NCBI RefSeq assembly: GCF_006345805.1
Contig: NW_021832447.1
Location: 1 to 31,134 of the forward strand
Direction: 5' to 3'
DNA from: Octopus sinensis
Taxonomy: Eukaryota
DNA: 31,134 nt
The translations under genes were made by a program, and so were the position numbers. Positions 10,627 through 22,737 of this stretch are shown in pieces. Below the pieces are notes generated by a model. The model did not search any database. It was not told where the DNA came from and worked only from the letters and a program-made list of their open reading frames with translations. Each line of letters begins with the position of its first letter. Positions within the stretch are counted from its first letter, which is position 1.

Positions 10627-10724
10627 GGTACCCTATAAATAGGACACTGTAACAATGTGATATAGCTTATTAAATGTTCTCATTTAGTGTCCTATGTATA
10701 GGACAGTGGGACTTAATGGGTTAA
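10627..10724. mobile_element. piggyBac-like MITE terminus with subterminal palindromic repeats
   Basis: Ends GGGACTTAATGGG|TTAA. Inverted pair CCTATAAATAGGACACT (10632-10648) and AGTGTCCTATGTATAGG (10686-10702). No matching left end is seen. Confidence 0.55.
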
Positions 10725-12006
10725 GAACGACACAGTATTATATTAGAGATACTTGGCTACTCTTTCTTACATAGAAGATTCTCGGTATTTCACTTTTTAT
10801 ATAAGCCCACTTTAAATATACGGAAGTTATGTGCTTACTGAAGATAATATTCACAGCTCTAATAATCTTAATTCTAAAGTATTTTGCTTAAATTACGTAT
10901 TTAAATGAAATAATCTGTGCGGAATACCGTACGCATTTTGTGATTGAAGTTGGTTTTATGATTTAAAGAACAGTTACATAATCCTCTTACATGAGAAAGA
11001 TTGCACGAACAAAACATCATGAATTATCTGAGATTACTTGTTTATTAACCTACACAACACAACAAGAACGTGTAAGCGGAACGTTTTCCATTGAATAGAA
11101 TAGGAATTCTAAAATTGAATAGAGCAGTAGCAGATTTGTGTACAAATAGAGTATCGTAATGTGTGAATAAATAAGATTGCATTAAATATCTAGAATTTAC
11201 TTGATATTTTGTAATTTCTCCGTATCATCTAGTTTAAGCAATTTTATGCGATTTTCTAATGCTTAAGTAGTACACCATAATGCTTCATTGTTGTGTACAG
11301 TGAGCTCAATTGGAAATTTGGGTATCGCATCTTTATTTTGCTGTTGTGGATCATATTTCTTTCTGGTGTTACTGTTAATGTTTGTTTTACTAGTAACTAT
11401 GTAGTATGTGTTAGTTACTATATAACATAGAATCGCAGATTTGATTGTGCTGTGTGTCGGTTTTATAAACAGTTAGATCATTGGACAGAGATAGTTTTAT
11501 GAGAGGTCCAAAAAAATATATCAAATACTTTTGAAATGATGACTTATTTGTTAGTTCGCAAACTGATAATTTTTGCTTTGTTCAACAGAGAATAATGGAT
11601 ATAAGAGTTGTAAAGTAGTAACTGGTTGATCCTTGTGCAGTACTTATATTATGCGAGATGTTCAATTCTGTAATTTTAATTGTATAGTGTGTATGAGACT
11701 CGAAACAAGAGGCTAGTTTATTGAAGGATAGCTTAGTAGCGAATGTATAGTTGTTTTTATCAGAGATAATTTTACGTTTATGCGTAATAATATGAACATT
11801 GTTTAATAGTTTCACTCATGTTTGTGCATCATATTAAGTGGCTGTATTATTAGCAATGTTGTCAATTTATATCAACCATTTGAAGTGTTTGTATTTCAGT
11901 ATGATAGATTCTCAAATGATAGATTCTCAAAATCTTACTATGTCTCAGAAATAAGGGATATAGATTAAAGAGCGGCCACTCCTACCTTCATCCACCCGTT
12001 TTCTTA

Positions 12007-12008
<2 letters not shown>

Positions 12009-12052
<44 letters not shown>
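12009..12052. repeat. (TC)n microsatellite
   Basis: Directly visible. Confidence 0.95.
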
Positions 12053-12057
<5 letters not shown>

Positions 12058-12360
12058 TGCGATAGCTTGAACTTTCATTTGGATTTTAAAATTTAATTTA
12101 AAATTCCTTCACGTTCTCTCGTTTTAACAAAGTCATCCACGTTTGTCTTGCTGTGAGTTAAATCCAGTTTCTAGTTTATTGCCTCCTTGTCTCAATTTCA
12201 CTCTCTACATCTTTAGCTGCCCCTTTTATTCTCCATCTGTGTCTCTTCAAATATTTTTATATCTATAGCTATGATTTATAGCACATTTATTCCCATTTGA
12301 TACCGCATTTTTTGATGCTTTATATCCTATGCTATAATTTATTTGTACTTTCGATGTCCG

Positions 12361-12396
<36 letters not shown>

Positions 12397-12772
12397 AAAT
12401 ATAAATCGACATCTTATTAATTGTACATCACGTTACTATTCAAAGTAAACCGCAATTTAAACTAATCTTTTTGCATTGAGATTATATTTTAGAATCTTTG
12501 TACAAAAGGACATATTTTTTGTCAAAATCGTATTTACTTTAGTAGTATACAAACGATGCATTTAAAGAATCTGACGTTACAATTTCAAAGAAAATAGCTT
12601 AATAATGTGTACATATTTATGTATGACATAAGGTCAGTGCTATATGATAAAGGTTATGCATAATAATGGATAGGAATAGTTTTAATGCCAAACGTCTTAA
12701 TAAACAAGCGAAATGTTATGCAAATGTCGTAAAGATCATGTTTAATGCTGAAGAATTTTGAGAATATTTTTT

Positions 12773-13135
12773 AATACAAAATGAAAATATATCTTCATAG
12801 TATAACATATACTGTATCGTTAATTGGAAAACTGGTGGTAAATACTATTGTTAATGTTCTACACTCGTATACACAGACCCATACATATACACACACATTC
12901 TCTCTCTCTCACACAGACACACGCACACATACTTTCTCCCTATTTCTCACACTCTCACATACACATACATGCACACGTATGATTGATATTATTAAATGAA
13001 TCACAATATGTTATATATATTCATATATTTCAATGTATGTATACACATAAATAGTATATTTTACAATTACACATCTTAGCATAGTGGATAGTGCATATAT
13101 GTTCAGTAGATATTTGTGTATATATATATACATAC

Positions 13136-13187
<52 letters not shown>

Positions 13188-13761
13188 GTGTGTGTATGTG
13201 TGTGTGTGTGGTGTGTGTGTGTGTGTGTGTGAGTGAGTTAATGTATGTTTGCGTTTGTTGTATGTGTGTGTATGTGAATTTGTGTGGGTAGATATAGCAA
13301 GCTGTCTCCTCTTCAAGGACATCTGATAATAGCAGTACTCCTAATCCATATGAAGATGTCATATTTGCGTAAGGTATGCATAAGTGTTGAAAATACTGGA
13401 AAATACGAAAATGAAAATATATCTTCATAGTATAACATATACTGTATCGTTAATTGGAAAACTGGTGGTAAATACTATTGTTAATGTTCTACACTCGTAT
13501 ACACAGACCCATACATATACACACACATTCTCTCTCTCTCACACAGACACACGCACACATACTTTCTCCCTATTTCTCACACTCTCACATACACATACAT
13601 GCACACGTATGATTGGTATTATTAAATGAATCACAATATGTTATATATATTCATATATTTCAATGTATGTATACACATAAATAGTATATTTTACAATTAC
13701 ACATCTTAACATAGTGGATAGTGCATATATGTTCAGTAGATATTTGTGTATATATACATAC

Positions 13762-13804
<43 letters not shown>

Positions 13805-13999
13805 CGTGTGTGTGTGTGAGTGAGTTAATGTATGTTTGTTGTATGTGTGTGTATGTGAGTGTATGTGAATTTGTGTAGGTAGATATAGCAAGCTGTCTCC
13901 TCTTCAAGGACATCTGATAATAGCAGTACTCCTAATCCATATGAAGATGTCATATTTGCGTAAGGTATGCATAAGTGTTCAGAATACTGGAAAATACGA
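12773..13999. repeat. Tandem direct duplication, ~630-bp and ~590-bp units
   Basis: ATGAAAATATATCTTCATAG starts at 12781 and at 13411. The units are nearly identical apart from microsatellite lengths and a few substitutions, and both end ...ATACTGGAAAATACGA. Confidence 0.95.
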
Positions 14000-14172
14000 T
14001 TTGTAGTGGAATTACAATATTGAAATAGGAAATTAAACCAAATGGTATTATTCATACACGATTACACGTGTTTTATATGGTATTGCAAGTTACAAAATTG
14101 TTCATGTGTAATTACAATGTCAAAGGGGGTGATTGGAAAATACTTAGTATTATTCATACACCGCTCCACGTC

Positions 14173-14271
14173 TTTCATTTGCTTATACGAGTTACAAAAT
14201 TGTATATGTACGAAATGTATTGCGTGTTTCTCCTGCATATACAATTTTGTAGCTCCTGCCTGCAAAAGAAA
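14173..14271. other. Long hairpin with pri-miRNA-like geometry
   Basis: 14189-14210 GAGTTACAAAATTGTATATGTA pairs with 14234-14255 TGCATATACAATTTTGTAGCTC (22 bp, two G-U). An imperfect basal stem TTTCATTTGC/GCAAAAGAAA lies in register. Confidence 0.6.
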
Positions 14272-16122
14272 CAAGCGTAATGTTTAATAAATTATACCAA
14301 ATTTCTTTCATTCCTCTGCTTCGGTGTGCATGTGTGTGTGTAATTACACATCTTAGCATAACATATACTTCCAGATATATTCAGTAGAATATGTATATTG
14401 AAGTAGGAATGCATAAGATAGGAAGTGTTCTCACATCTCTCTTGTACATGGATCCTTACTCATCAAGAATAATTTGAAAGTGATTCAAAAGTCTTTCACG
14501 GCAATAATGCAGTGCACTTCCAGAAACAATTTTATTACTATATACCTTGTAAAAGAAAACCGTTGTCTTACGCACAATCCCTTTACATTGTTAATATTAA
14601 CCATATTCTTCTGTCCTCAGTTCCCTAAAATCCTTTGCCAAATATTGTCGTCAAAAAGCCATTGAACTTCTGCTAAATTCACTGAAAATACGATGAAAAT
14701 AAGATTATCGCTGTGTTCTAATTATCTAATATCTTAGGTAGTGTTGTATACTCCTCCCAAGTAGTTGAAAACATGCATTTTCTAATATAGATAATGTATG
14801 AGTTTCTCATGGCCACTCGTGAAATCGACTTAAGAGATCAATAATTTCCAGTTGTAGTCTATGGACAATGAGTGAATCTACATTTGTGGAACAGCTTTGA
14901 TACATTCGACCAGTTGAACAACTGTCCAAATAATGGCATGCTGCGAAATCCCAAATGAGTATTGCGGGCCATACGTCATATTCTCCAAAGAATGATACGA
15001 CGAGTAATTTTGCAGCGATAGTCTTGCAACTTTTAATCGTAGTATTATTGATTTCTAATTCATTCAACTCTATGCCAGCCATTCTCTCTATCTTTGTCAG
15101 TTTGCCTCTCTGTCTGTCTATCTCTTTCTTTATTTCTCTCTCTCTCTCTATCTATTTTTCTATTCGTCAATCCATGTATCGCTATTCAAGTATCTCTTTC
15201 CTTCACTTACTCTCTCGCTCTCAATGTATTTTGTAGACGTGATTCATTTGTTTCTCACTTACTACTACCGCACTTTCTTACACTGTGTCATATAAATTTA
15301 TTCACCCTATATTTTCTCAGCACTTTTCTGTTCGTTGGCACATTCCATTTTTTTTTATTTTATTTCCCCAACTCCCATGACTACGCTCGGTCTCTTTCTC
15401 TGTTTCTAATACAAATCTTCGAAACGACTGAAAATGTTAACAGTAGATATCTTGCTGAGAACCATATATCTCCAAAGTCATGAAGACTGATAAACAATTT
15501 GAACAGAAAAGATATGTAGGGGAATTTTGCAGCAGAATAAGACTACATATACACAGGATTGAAATTATTATAATACTAATTTTCGAAATAAATAGCAAAT
15601 GTATTTACAACATTCAATCGTTTAATTAGGGCTACGACAACAAAATTACCAGGGTTCACAGAAAATATTTTAAATATATATAAACTATTCTTCAAAAAAA
15701 TATTCATCAGTGGATGAATGTTGTGAATAATATATCTTTGGTGTATATAACATCAAAGTTTAAGAGTAATCCATAGGGAAGAAATAGGAATTTGTACGTT
15801 TTCGCATGCGTTTAGCCGAAAGGGGATATAAAATTGAAAAAGACAAAGCAAGAACCACTTGCAAGACTACATGTTGGAATATAGATTAAATTAGACAAGT
15901 ACAGGATATATTCTTGTCATAGTGATGCACGAAATTGGTAGGCAGCCAAACAAAAATTAATTTACACCGGCTCCCAAAAGAAAACCTATAAGCAAAGACA
16001 TATAAACACACAAAGACAAGATTTACTGAATAAATAAACATGTGTGAGAGAAAGTATAAATCGATGTATTTACGCGTGTTAATAATTCTATTAGATGTAT
16101 ATGGATATACGTATTAACATCA

Positions 16123-16126
<4 letters not shown>

Positions 16127-16205
<79 letters not shown>
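16127..16205. repeat. Long (TA)n microsatellite
   Basis: Directly visible; a second tract lies at ~16271-16297. Confidence 0.95.
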
Positions 16206-16209
<4 letters not shown>

Positions 16210-16264
16210 TCTCTGTATTAATATATCTATAGACGCACAGAAAAAATCACACACTCATATGTAC

Positions 16265-16297
<33 letters not shown>

Positions 16298-16559
16298 AGT
16301 ATATAGATGTATACTTAAGTGAATATGCGTATTTATGTGTACGTAAATCTGGAAGGACGTAAATGAGTCCTCGACACTGAATTTGTGGATATAATTTCTC
16401 TATTTGTCAATTAAGGCTAGCATTGTTTTCATGTTAAGAAAAATACCAAATATCCTTCTATCTTCACAGTATCTCAAGCTGATCACATGAAAAAAGATGT
16501 TCGCTTCCATTTTCTCAATGAATCAATTAATCAAGTGACGTTACCCATGAGTGATATCT

Positions 16560-16850
16560 TTTGGGTGTTTGTCTCCCTTTAATTTGTTTTTGGGTAATTT
16601 TGGGGGGATCAATTTGCTTGCTTTACTTTCATTATTTTGTATTTTGTTCGGGGAATGATGTTCTTATACTTGTGTGCTGAGTTATTTCGGCACTGGGGCA
16701 TGTTCGTTCATTGTGTGAAATTTGTGTGCTATGTGGATTCACGTTTACGAAATGGTAGGGTTACCTCACGCATAGGGTTCTTTTCTTTGAAATATCTGTG
16801 TGTAAAATGTTGTTTGTGTATACAGAGAGAGAAGGTTTCATATCTAACGT
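16560..16850 (-). pseudogene. Probable Penelope-like reverse transcriptase remnant (late RT / thumb region)
   Basis: Frameshifted translation LD...NNILHTDISKKRT / LPF....*HT...TNMP...NSAHK..II...KVKQ...PQNYPKT resembles the PLE pattern FLD..I....L.TDIY.KPT...YLPF.S.HP.H...NIP...A.R...I......L...L...NYP. Matched by eye only. Confidence 0.5.
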
Positions 16851-17344
16851 ATATGATGTTATATGTTGATTGCATAATGTTTAATTCTTCTTTAATACAG
16901 ATTTCACATTTGGTACCTCGGCCTCTCTATTTTTTAACTTTAACAATAATTTTCATTTCACTCTAAGGATGTATGTGTGTATATAACACATGCTTAAGCA
17001 GGGTGTGTATTTGTGAGTATACATGTACTTCTAAGCGAATGTACGTATGTATGTATGCATGCACGCATGTGTGCATTTATGTATATTTCGTGTTTGAGCG
17101 TATGCCTTCAAGATTGGTCCATTATCTTCTTTATCATTCATAAAAAAGTGTGGTCACAAATGTAGCTAATAGTTTATCGACTTCACTTTCGAGAAAATAT
17201 ATCGTTTCTAAGTTATCCGACACGTAAGAAGCACATGTGCAACTTCTAATCTCTTCACACTAGCATAAAACCTGACACGATTTCATACACGCATACATAT
17301 GCTTATACATACACACATATACATAGGCAGATATTTGCCCTTTT

Positions 17345-17507
17345 CTTAAATATTCTTTTCACGCTAAGCTAAAGGCCCGAAATTTTAGGGGAAGTGGGGC
17401 GAGTTGATCAGATCGACCCTAGTACGCAAATGGTGCTTAATTTATCGACCCAAAAGTATGAAAGGTAAAGTCGACCTCGGCGGAATTTGAACTCAGAACA
17501 TAGCAGA
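17345..17507 (-). mobile_element. SINE family B, head-truncated, tail type 1
   Basis: AAGGCCCGAAATTTTAGGGG...ATCGACCCTAGTACGCAAATGGTGCTTAATTTATCGACCC...AAAGTCGACCTCGGCGGAATTTGAACTCAGAAC. Confidence 0.85.
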
Positions 17508-17529
17508 TTGGTCATACTTTATACGAATA

Positions 17530-18010
17530 TCTCAACAAACAGGTGTTCGTGAAATTTGAAAAGAAAATCATTAATACTGTATGTGCTTGTTTTAAGTCAT
17601 ATACGTGGGGGCGGGGTGAATATGGGATTTTTTTTCTTTATTTTCATGGATATTTGTGGTTTTCGTTCCTGTTTACAATTATCTTTAAAAATGTTTTGAT
17701 GTATCCTATAAATGCAATTTTTGCCGCTGAATCCGAATTTGTTATTCATTAATTCCAGAAAAATTTTACCAAAATGTTACAGGTGTTCAAAGTTTGATAA
17801 ATTTCAGAATTTTAGGCCAGTAGGTGGGGTCATCGGCGTGTCGGAGCATTAAGCTAGCTATAGTAAACAGTGAAAAACTTGAAAGCATTCGGGAGCAAAT
17901 TAAATATTTCAAAGCTACGAACAAACCAACAGGAGTTGGAAGAAATAAGAGTCAAAAAATTGTTTAAAACATACATTTATTAGTTTAAAAAATTCAAAAA
18001 CGGAACTTTG
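17530..18010. mobile_element. Probable non-autonomous DNA transposon remnant
   Basis: MITE-like wording (GCCGCTGAATCCGAATTTG, CAAAGTTTGATAAATTTC). GGGGTCATCGGCGTGTCGGAGCATTAAGCTA resembles 21083-21114. Ends not resolved. Confidence 0.35.
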
Positions 18011-18256
18011 TAATACACTCTACGATTTTATAAAATAAATTATCTTTCTCGTATCTTTTTCTCCACATACAAAAAAATCTAAGCTGTGGCCATGTTCTAG
18101 AATGGAATACATACTGTAATGAAAATAAAAGTAAAAAATGCATTTATTTGAAAATATTTGATTTATATTTTTATTTCTTAAAATACCCATATTTAAATTG
18201 TTTTCTTTTCTTTTCTAAGCATATATGATTATGTTTTCCTATAAAATTTCCTATTA

Positions 18257-18395
18257 TATGGGTGTACCAAGATATTTCATTCGTCGTGGTTTTGTTTCGT
18301 TTTGGATTTGTGTTTGCATTTATTTCCAAATTATTCTTGTTTTCCAATCATTTATCACTATTGAGACACAGTTCTAAGCGAACCAAAAAGGTCTT
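18257..18395 (-). mobile_element. Possible Tc1/mariner 3' end remnant
   Basis: Minus translation FLVRLELCLNSDK*LEN resembles the transposase C-terminus, followed by a terminus-like GGTACACCCATA. Confidence 0.3.
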
Positions 18396-18404
18396 AAAAT
18401 AATA

Positions 18405-18799
18405 CTCTCTAATACAGGCACAAGGCTTGAAATATTGGGGGAGTGTTTAATTCAATTATATCGACCACAGTAGACAACTGGTACTTAAATAATCGACCCC
18501 GAAATGACGAAAGGTTAAGTCGACTTCGGCAGAATTGGCACTCAGAACGTAGCAACTAGTGAAATACCTATTTCTTTACTACCCACAAGGGGCTAAACAC
18601 AGAAGGGACAAACAAGGACAGACAAACGGATTAAGTCGATTATATCGACCCCAGTGCGTAACTGGTGCTTATTTAATCGACCCTGAAAGGATGAAAGGCA
18701 AAGTTGACCTCGGCGGAATTTGAACTCAGAATGTAGCGGCCGACGAAATACCGCTAAGCATTTCGCCCGGCGTGCTAATGGTTCGGCCAGCTCACCGCC
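18405..18799 (-). mobile_element. SINE family B dimer (head + tail-type-2 body fused to a tail-type-1 body)
   Basis: GAAATACC at 18561-18568 and 18745-18752 (184-bp period). The downstream unit ends in the AAGGCTTGAAATATTGGGGG-type tail. Confidence 0.9.
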
Positions 18800-18927
18800 T
18801 TATCAAAGAGACGTTAAAATAATGAGAGCATACAGTGTGAGACACAGGGAAATGTTTGAAGAAATAAAGCAAGTAATATTTGCGTGTGTGTGTGTGTATG
18901 TGTGTGTGTGTTTGTGTGTGCGTGCAT

Positions 18928-19142
18928 TAGAGGGTTCTGAAAATACTTGGCTTTGGGCCAAAAGAAAAAAAACATCTGGATCAGTTATAAGATTTAATCA
19001 ACATATTTCCCTCACCGATTCATAATCATTGCAGCGGTCTTTCAGTTTTTCTAAGCTCGGTAAAAGAACTCGGAAGTCTGAGCCTCCAGGCAGGTCTTTC
19101 GTGATACCCGTAAAGCCAGGGACTTTTCCGTACCCATTTGCA
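18928..19142 (-). mobile_element. mariner-derived MITE with terminal inverted repeats and transposase C-terminal remnant
   Basis: TIRs GAGGGTTCTGAAAATACTTGGCTTT and AAAGCCAGGGACTTTTCCGTACCCATTTG. Minus translation LEKLKDRCND... followed by (G)KYVD* resembles the mariner ending GI.KL..RW.KC....G.YVE*. Confidence 0.75.
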
Positions 19143-19664
19143 TATGTATTTATATAAGGTACAATTAATAGCACTCTTCATGATTATTCCCTCACTAACC
19201 TTCATGCATTCCCACCCCACACTTGAAGCTCTTCTATGTATTAATAACATGAATTTTTTTTTAGCTGCCGCTATAATCCTGTGATCTCTCTACATCTTCC
19301 GCTCTGCACATGACAATATGCTGACGCATACACAGGCGTGCACATCTATGATATACAATAGACGCTCAGTTAATATATGCGTGCGCGCGAGGATATGTGA
19401 ATGTTTGCTGTCAAGTATTAAACCCCAAATCTCACTCCGACTTCTACGTTCTCCTGATGGTTACGTACTTATCTCTCATTTCCCTTGTTCCTTGCGTCTC
19501 TCATCTTCTCTCATAGCAATTCCATCTTATTCCCAATCCTAAATATTTGACACTTTCTCTTCCTTTTCCTCTCACTCTTGACTATTTCATTTCCTTAAAA
19601 CTCTTTCTTTTCTCCTCCTTTGATTCTGTATAAACGTATAGGCATGTTTGCGACAATATAGTAA

Positions 19665-19862
19665 TTTACCGCGAAATCCTTAGCGGTATTTCGCCAGCCA
19701 TTACATTTTGAGTTCAAATTCCGCCGAGGTCAACTTTGCCTTTCTTCCATTAAATAAGCACCATTTACGGACTAGGGTTGATGTAATCGACGTAATCCCT
19801 TTATCTGCCCTTGTTTGTCTCCTCTATATTTAGCTCCCACCCACGTGGGCAATAAATAGGTA
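19665..19862 (+). mobile_element. SINE family B, tail type 2, monomer
   Basis: GCGAAATCCTTAGCGGTATTTCG...GAGTTCAAATTCCGCCGAGGTCAACTTTGCCTTT...CCTTGTTTGTCTCCTCTATATTTAGC...GTGGGCAATAAATAGGTA. Confidence 0.85.
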
Positions 19863-20089
19863 AATGAATATATTCATTTACCGTTCACATAGTAGAATAT
19901 CACCAGCTTAGCATCCACAAAGACCTTCCGCACAGTCAGCATCAATCTATCATATATGCCTCCTTCATTTGTCTCCTTTTTAAACTCTTAACAACTTTTG
20001 ACAAATTTCCACACCCATGTATTTTACCTCTTCCTTCTTTTATATTACCGACCTGCTTATTTCTTCATACAAATGTTTTCTATTGCTGG

Positions 20090-20287
20090 TTTACTCTTTT
20101 ACTTGTTTCAGTCATTAAACTGTGGCCATGCTGGAGCACCGCCTTTAGTCGAGCAACTCGACCCCAGGACTTATTTTTGTAAGCCTTATTCTATCAGTCT
20201 CTTTTGCAGAACCGCTAATTTAGGGTGACGTAAACACAACAGCATCGGATGCCAAGCGATGTTGGGGAGACAAACACAGACACACAA

Positions 20288-20332
<45 letters not shown>

Positions 20333-20498
20333 ATATATAAAATATACGACGGGCTTCTTTCAGTTTTCGTCTACGAAATTCACTCTCAAGGCTTTGGTCG
20401 ATTCGAGGCTATATTTGAAGGCACTTGCCCGAAATGCAACGCAGTAGGACTGAATCCGGAAACATTTAGTTGGTAAACAAGCTACTTACCACACAGCC
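20090..20498 (-). mobile_element. SINE family A, full length, uninterrupted
   Basis: Minus strand: GGCTGTGTGGTAAGTAGCTTG...GGATTCAGTCC...CGGGCAAGTGCCTT...(TA)n...GGCGGTGCTCCAGCATGGCCACAGT...GACTGAAACAAGTAAAAGAGTAA. Confidence 0.9.
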
Positions 20499-20944
20499 GG
20501 CGAGATAATTTGTGAATTCTTAACGACAATTTAATTAACTTTAGTCTGATGAGTTGCTAATTGAGTATCCCTCATTGAGCTCACTTACGAGGATCTGCTA
20601 AGCTGAGGGAAAGAAGATATCTACAGTTAAACATGAAGTAGAAATTTACAAATATTAACACTCTCGAAATTTGCAATACTATATTGCCGCAAAAAAAGCT
20701 CTTCGTGACCTTCTTCAGATATTACGACGTTAAACCCTCACAATTCATGTCGAATCTAACAGGATGTCATGATTTGGTCAAGGGTTGGAGCAGTGATCGG
20801 ATAGATAAACTTTAAGTTTCTTGTTTGAATGCGGATCTGAAATTCATTCATCTCTTTGGTAGATTAAGAGAATTGACGTGTGAGGTTTTTGTTTTCTGTT
20901 TTTGCTTTATGAGTATTAGAGCAGACCTTCCCCAGTATATGTAT

Positions 20945-21497
20945 TTCATATCTATATAACAATCCGGGTAGTATTACATCGACAGTTACATGATTCACAC
21001 GCAAAAGCAGTATATCCTTGTGTTAGGATTTTCAGCCAATCAGAAAACAGTGAGTTCGTTGCCTCTTCTATAATCAGGGAGCGGGGGGCATCGGCATGTC
21101 AAAATATTAAGCTAAAATTGGTGAGTGAGTTCCATCTGTTACGAAAACAAACAATTATGGAACAAGTGGTGGGTACAATCCTTGTGTGCATGCGCAGCAT
21201 CTTAGGTTACTATGGAAACAGAGGTCTTCGCAATCAGCTATGGAACACGTGGTACTTCTTCGCTTTAGTTACTATGGAAACAGACTTTTTCACCACGGTG
21301 TTATTTAAAATATTCGCTTCTGATTGGCTAAAATACCCAAATTTTGTAAATTTTGAAGGCTAATAACTTTTTAACTATGGATTTATGGGAAAAATTAAAT
21401 TCATTTTCATTACTAGTATACAAATCTTAATTCATGCATCAAATTTGAAAGCAATTGGAACAAAATGGTAAAGAGTGACGAAAACCACGTAGATCCA
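20945..21497. repeat. Probable non-autonomous DNA-transposon-derived repeat with an inverted CCAAT pair and X-box-like direct repeats
   Basis: TTTTCAGCCAATCAGAA (21029-21045) is inverted relative to TTCTGATTGGCTAAAAT (21318-21334). GTTACTATGGAAACAGA occurs at 21206 and 21268. Confidence 0.45.
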
Positions 21498-21628
21498 TAT
21501 ATATATATATATATATATATACAGAGAGAGAGAGAGAGAGAACCAGAGATTTTTTATATAGAAAACATTTACTACGTAAATGATTTGATCTTTCACTCCG
21601 AAACATTTACCGAAACTTCTGCATCGTG

Positions 21629-21653
21629 ATCTATCTATCTATCTATCTATCTA

Positions 21654-21735
<82 letters not shown>

Positions 21736-21759
21736 GATTGTCTGTATGTCTGTCTGTCT
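21629..21759. repeat. (ATCT)n(GTCT)n compound microsatellite
   Basis: Directly visible. Confidence 0.95.
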
Positions 21760-22737
21760 GAGCCCTCTTCTTTGTTCCCAAATATTCAACCTCTTTTTTG
21801 TTCACAAATCTTCACTCTAATCGTAGTCACATTCACTTCCTCTATTTCACATTTGTGTTGAATTAAAATTGTTCTACTGGAATGAGAATACTATCTCACC
21901 GGTCTCACAGCATCACTATAAACTAGTGCTATTGCATATTCACTAGAACCATATGCTTTTCAAAAGAAAAGCCAGAAAATAAATATTTCAGATAATTCGT
22001 TGCCATAGTTTCAATAGTCGATAATCAATAATTAATAATTATTACATATTAAATCGATCATCAACCACATCTTCAGATGTTATGCTGAAATACAATTTGC
22101 GAATCAATTTTCTTCTTATATATATGTACACAAGGAATAAACTAAAACCAATGATAGGAAGGAAGAATGGAGAAACGAGCAACGAGAATAAAACAATTAA
22201 ATTATGTGACCAGTCGAATATAATGCAGTAAAGGTTGGGTGGTTCTGAAGTCAGGGAGGTACGCACGAATGTAGAAACTTGGAAATGCACTGGACCGTGA
22301 AGGAAAACAAAACCTGAAAAGAGGTGAAATGAAATAAAGAAAACATGGCTTATAAAGGACGCAAGTAACAAAGAGGTAAATACATAGTAAGGGATGTGTG
22401 GGGCTGGACTGCAAGTATACGACAGTAGTCGAAATTCGTCTATTTAATTTAGGTTTTGTTGGCTGAAGAAAATTTGTGGTACCCAAACCATATGTTCAAT
22501 GGTTAGGTTTGTGTGTACTGGGGATCAACAATTGTTAGATACCTAGATACTTAGATAAATTTCAACCATAACAGACGCAAGCTATTCACTGAGTAGCAAC
22601 ACCTGGAAAAGACGTTTAATGATGTTTCATATTTCAGTCATTATTTCGGCACCGTAGTCTACTTGAGTAAATAATTTTTGTTTGCGGATATATACTAGAG
22701 TGTAGGTGGTTTAACTGGAATTTGTTGGAGATATGTC

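Noticed and set aside
13964-14005. GMHKCSEYWKIRF resembling a C2H2 zinc-finger start
   Set aside because: The second Cys and the His pair are missing, and there is no 84-bp periodicity.
14807-15082. 91-aa non-repetitive minus-strand ORF
   Set aside because: No recognisable domain or splice context; possibly an old TE fragment, but I cannot support an assignment.
22458-22500. Hammerhead-like GTTGG CTGAAGA...CAAAC CATATG TT CAAT
   Set aside because: GAAA is mutated, there is no convincing stem II, and stem I is out of register. At most a relic.
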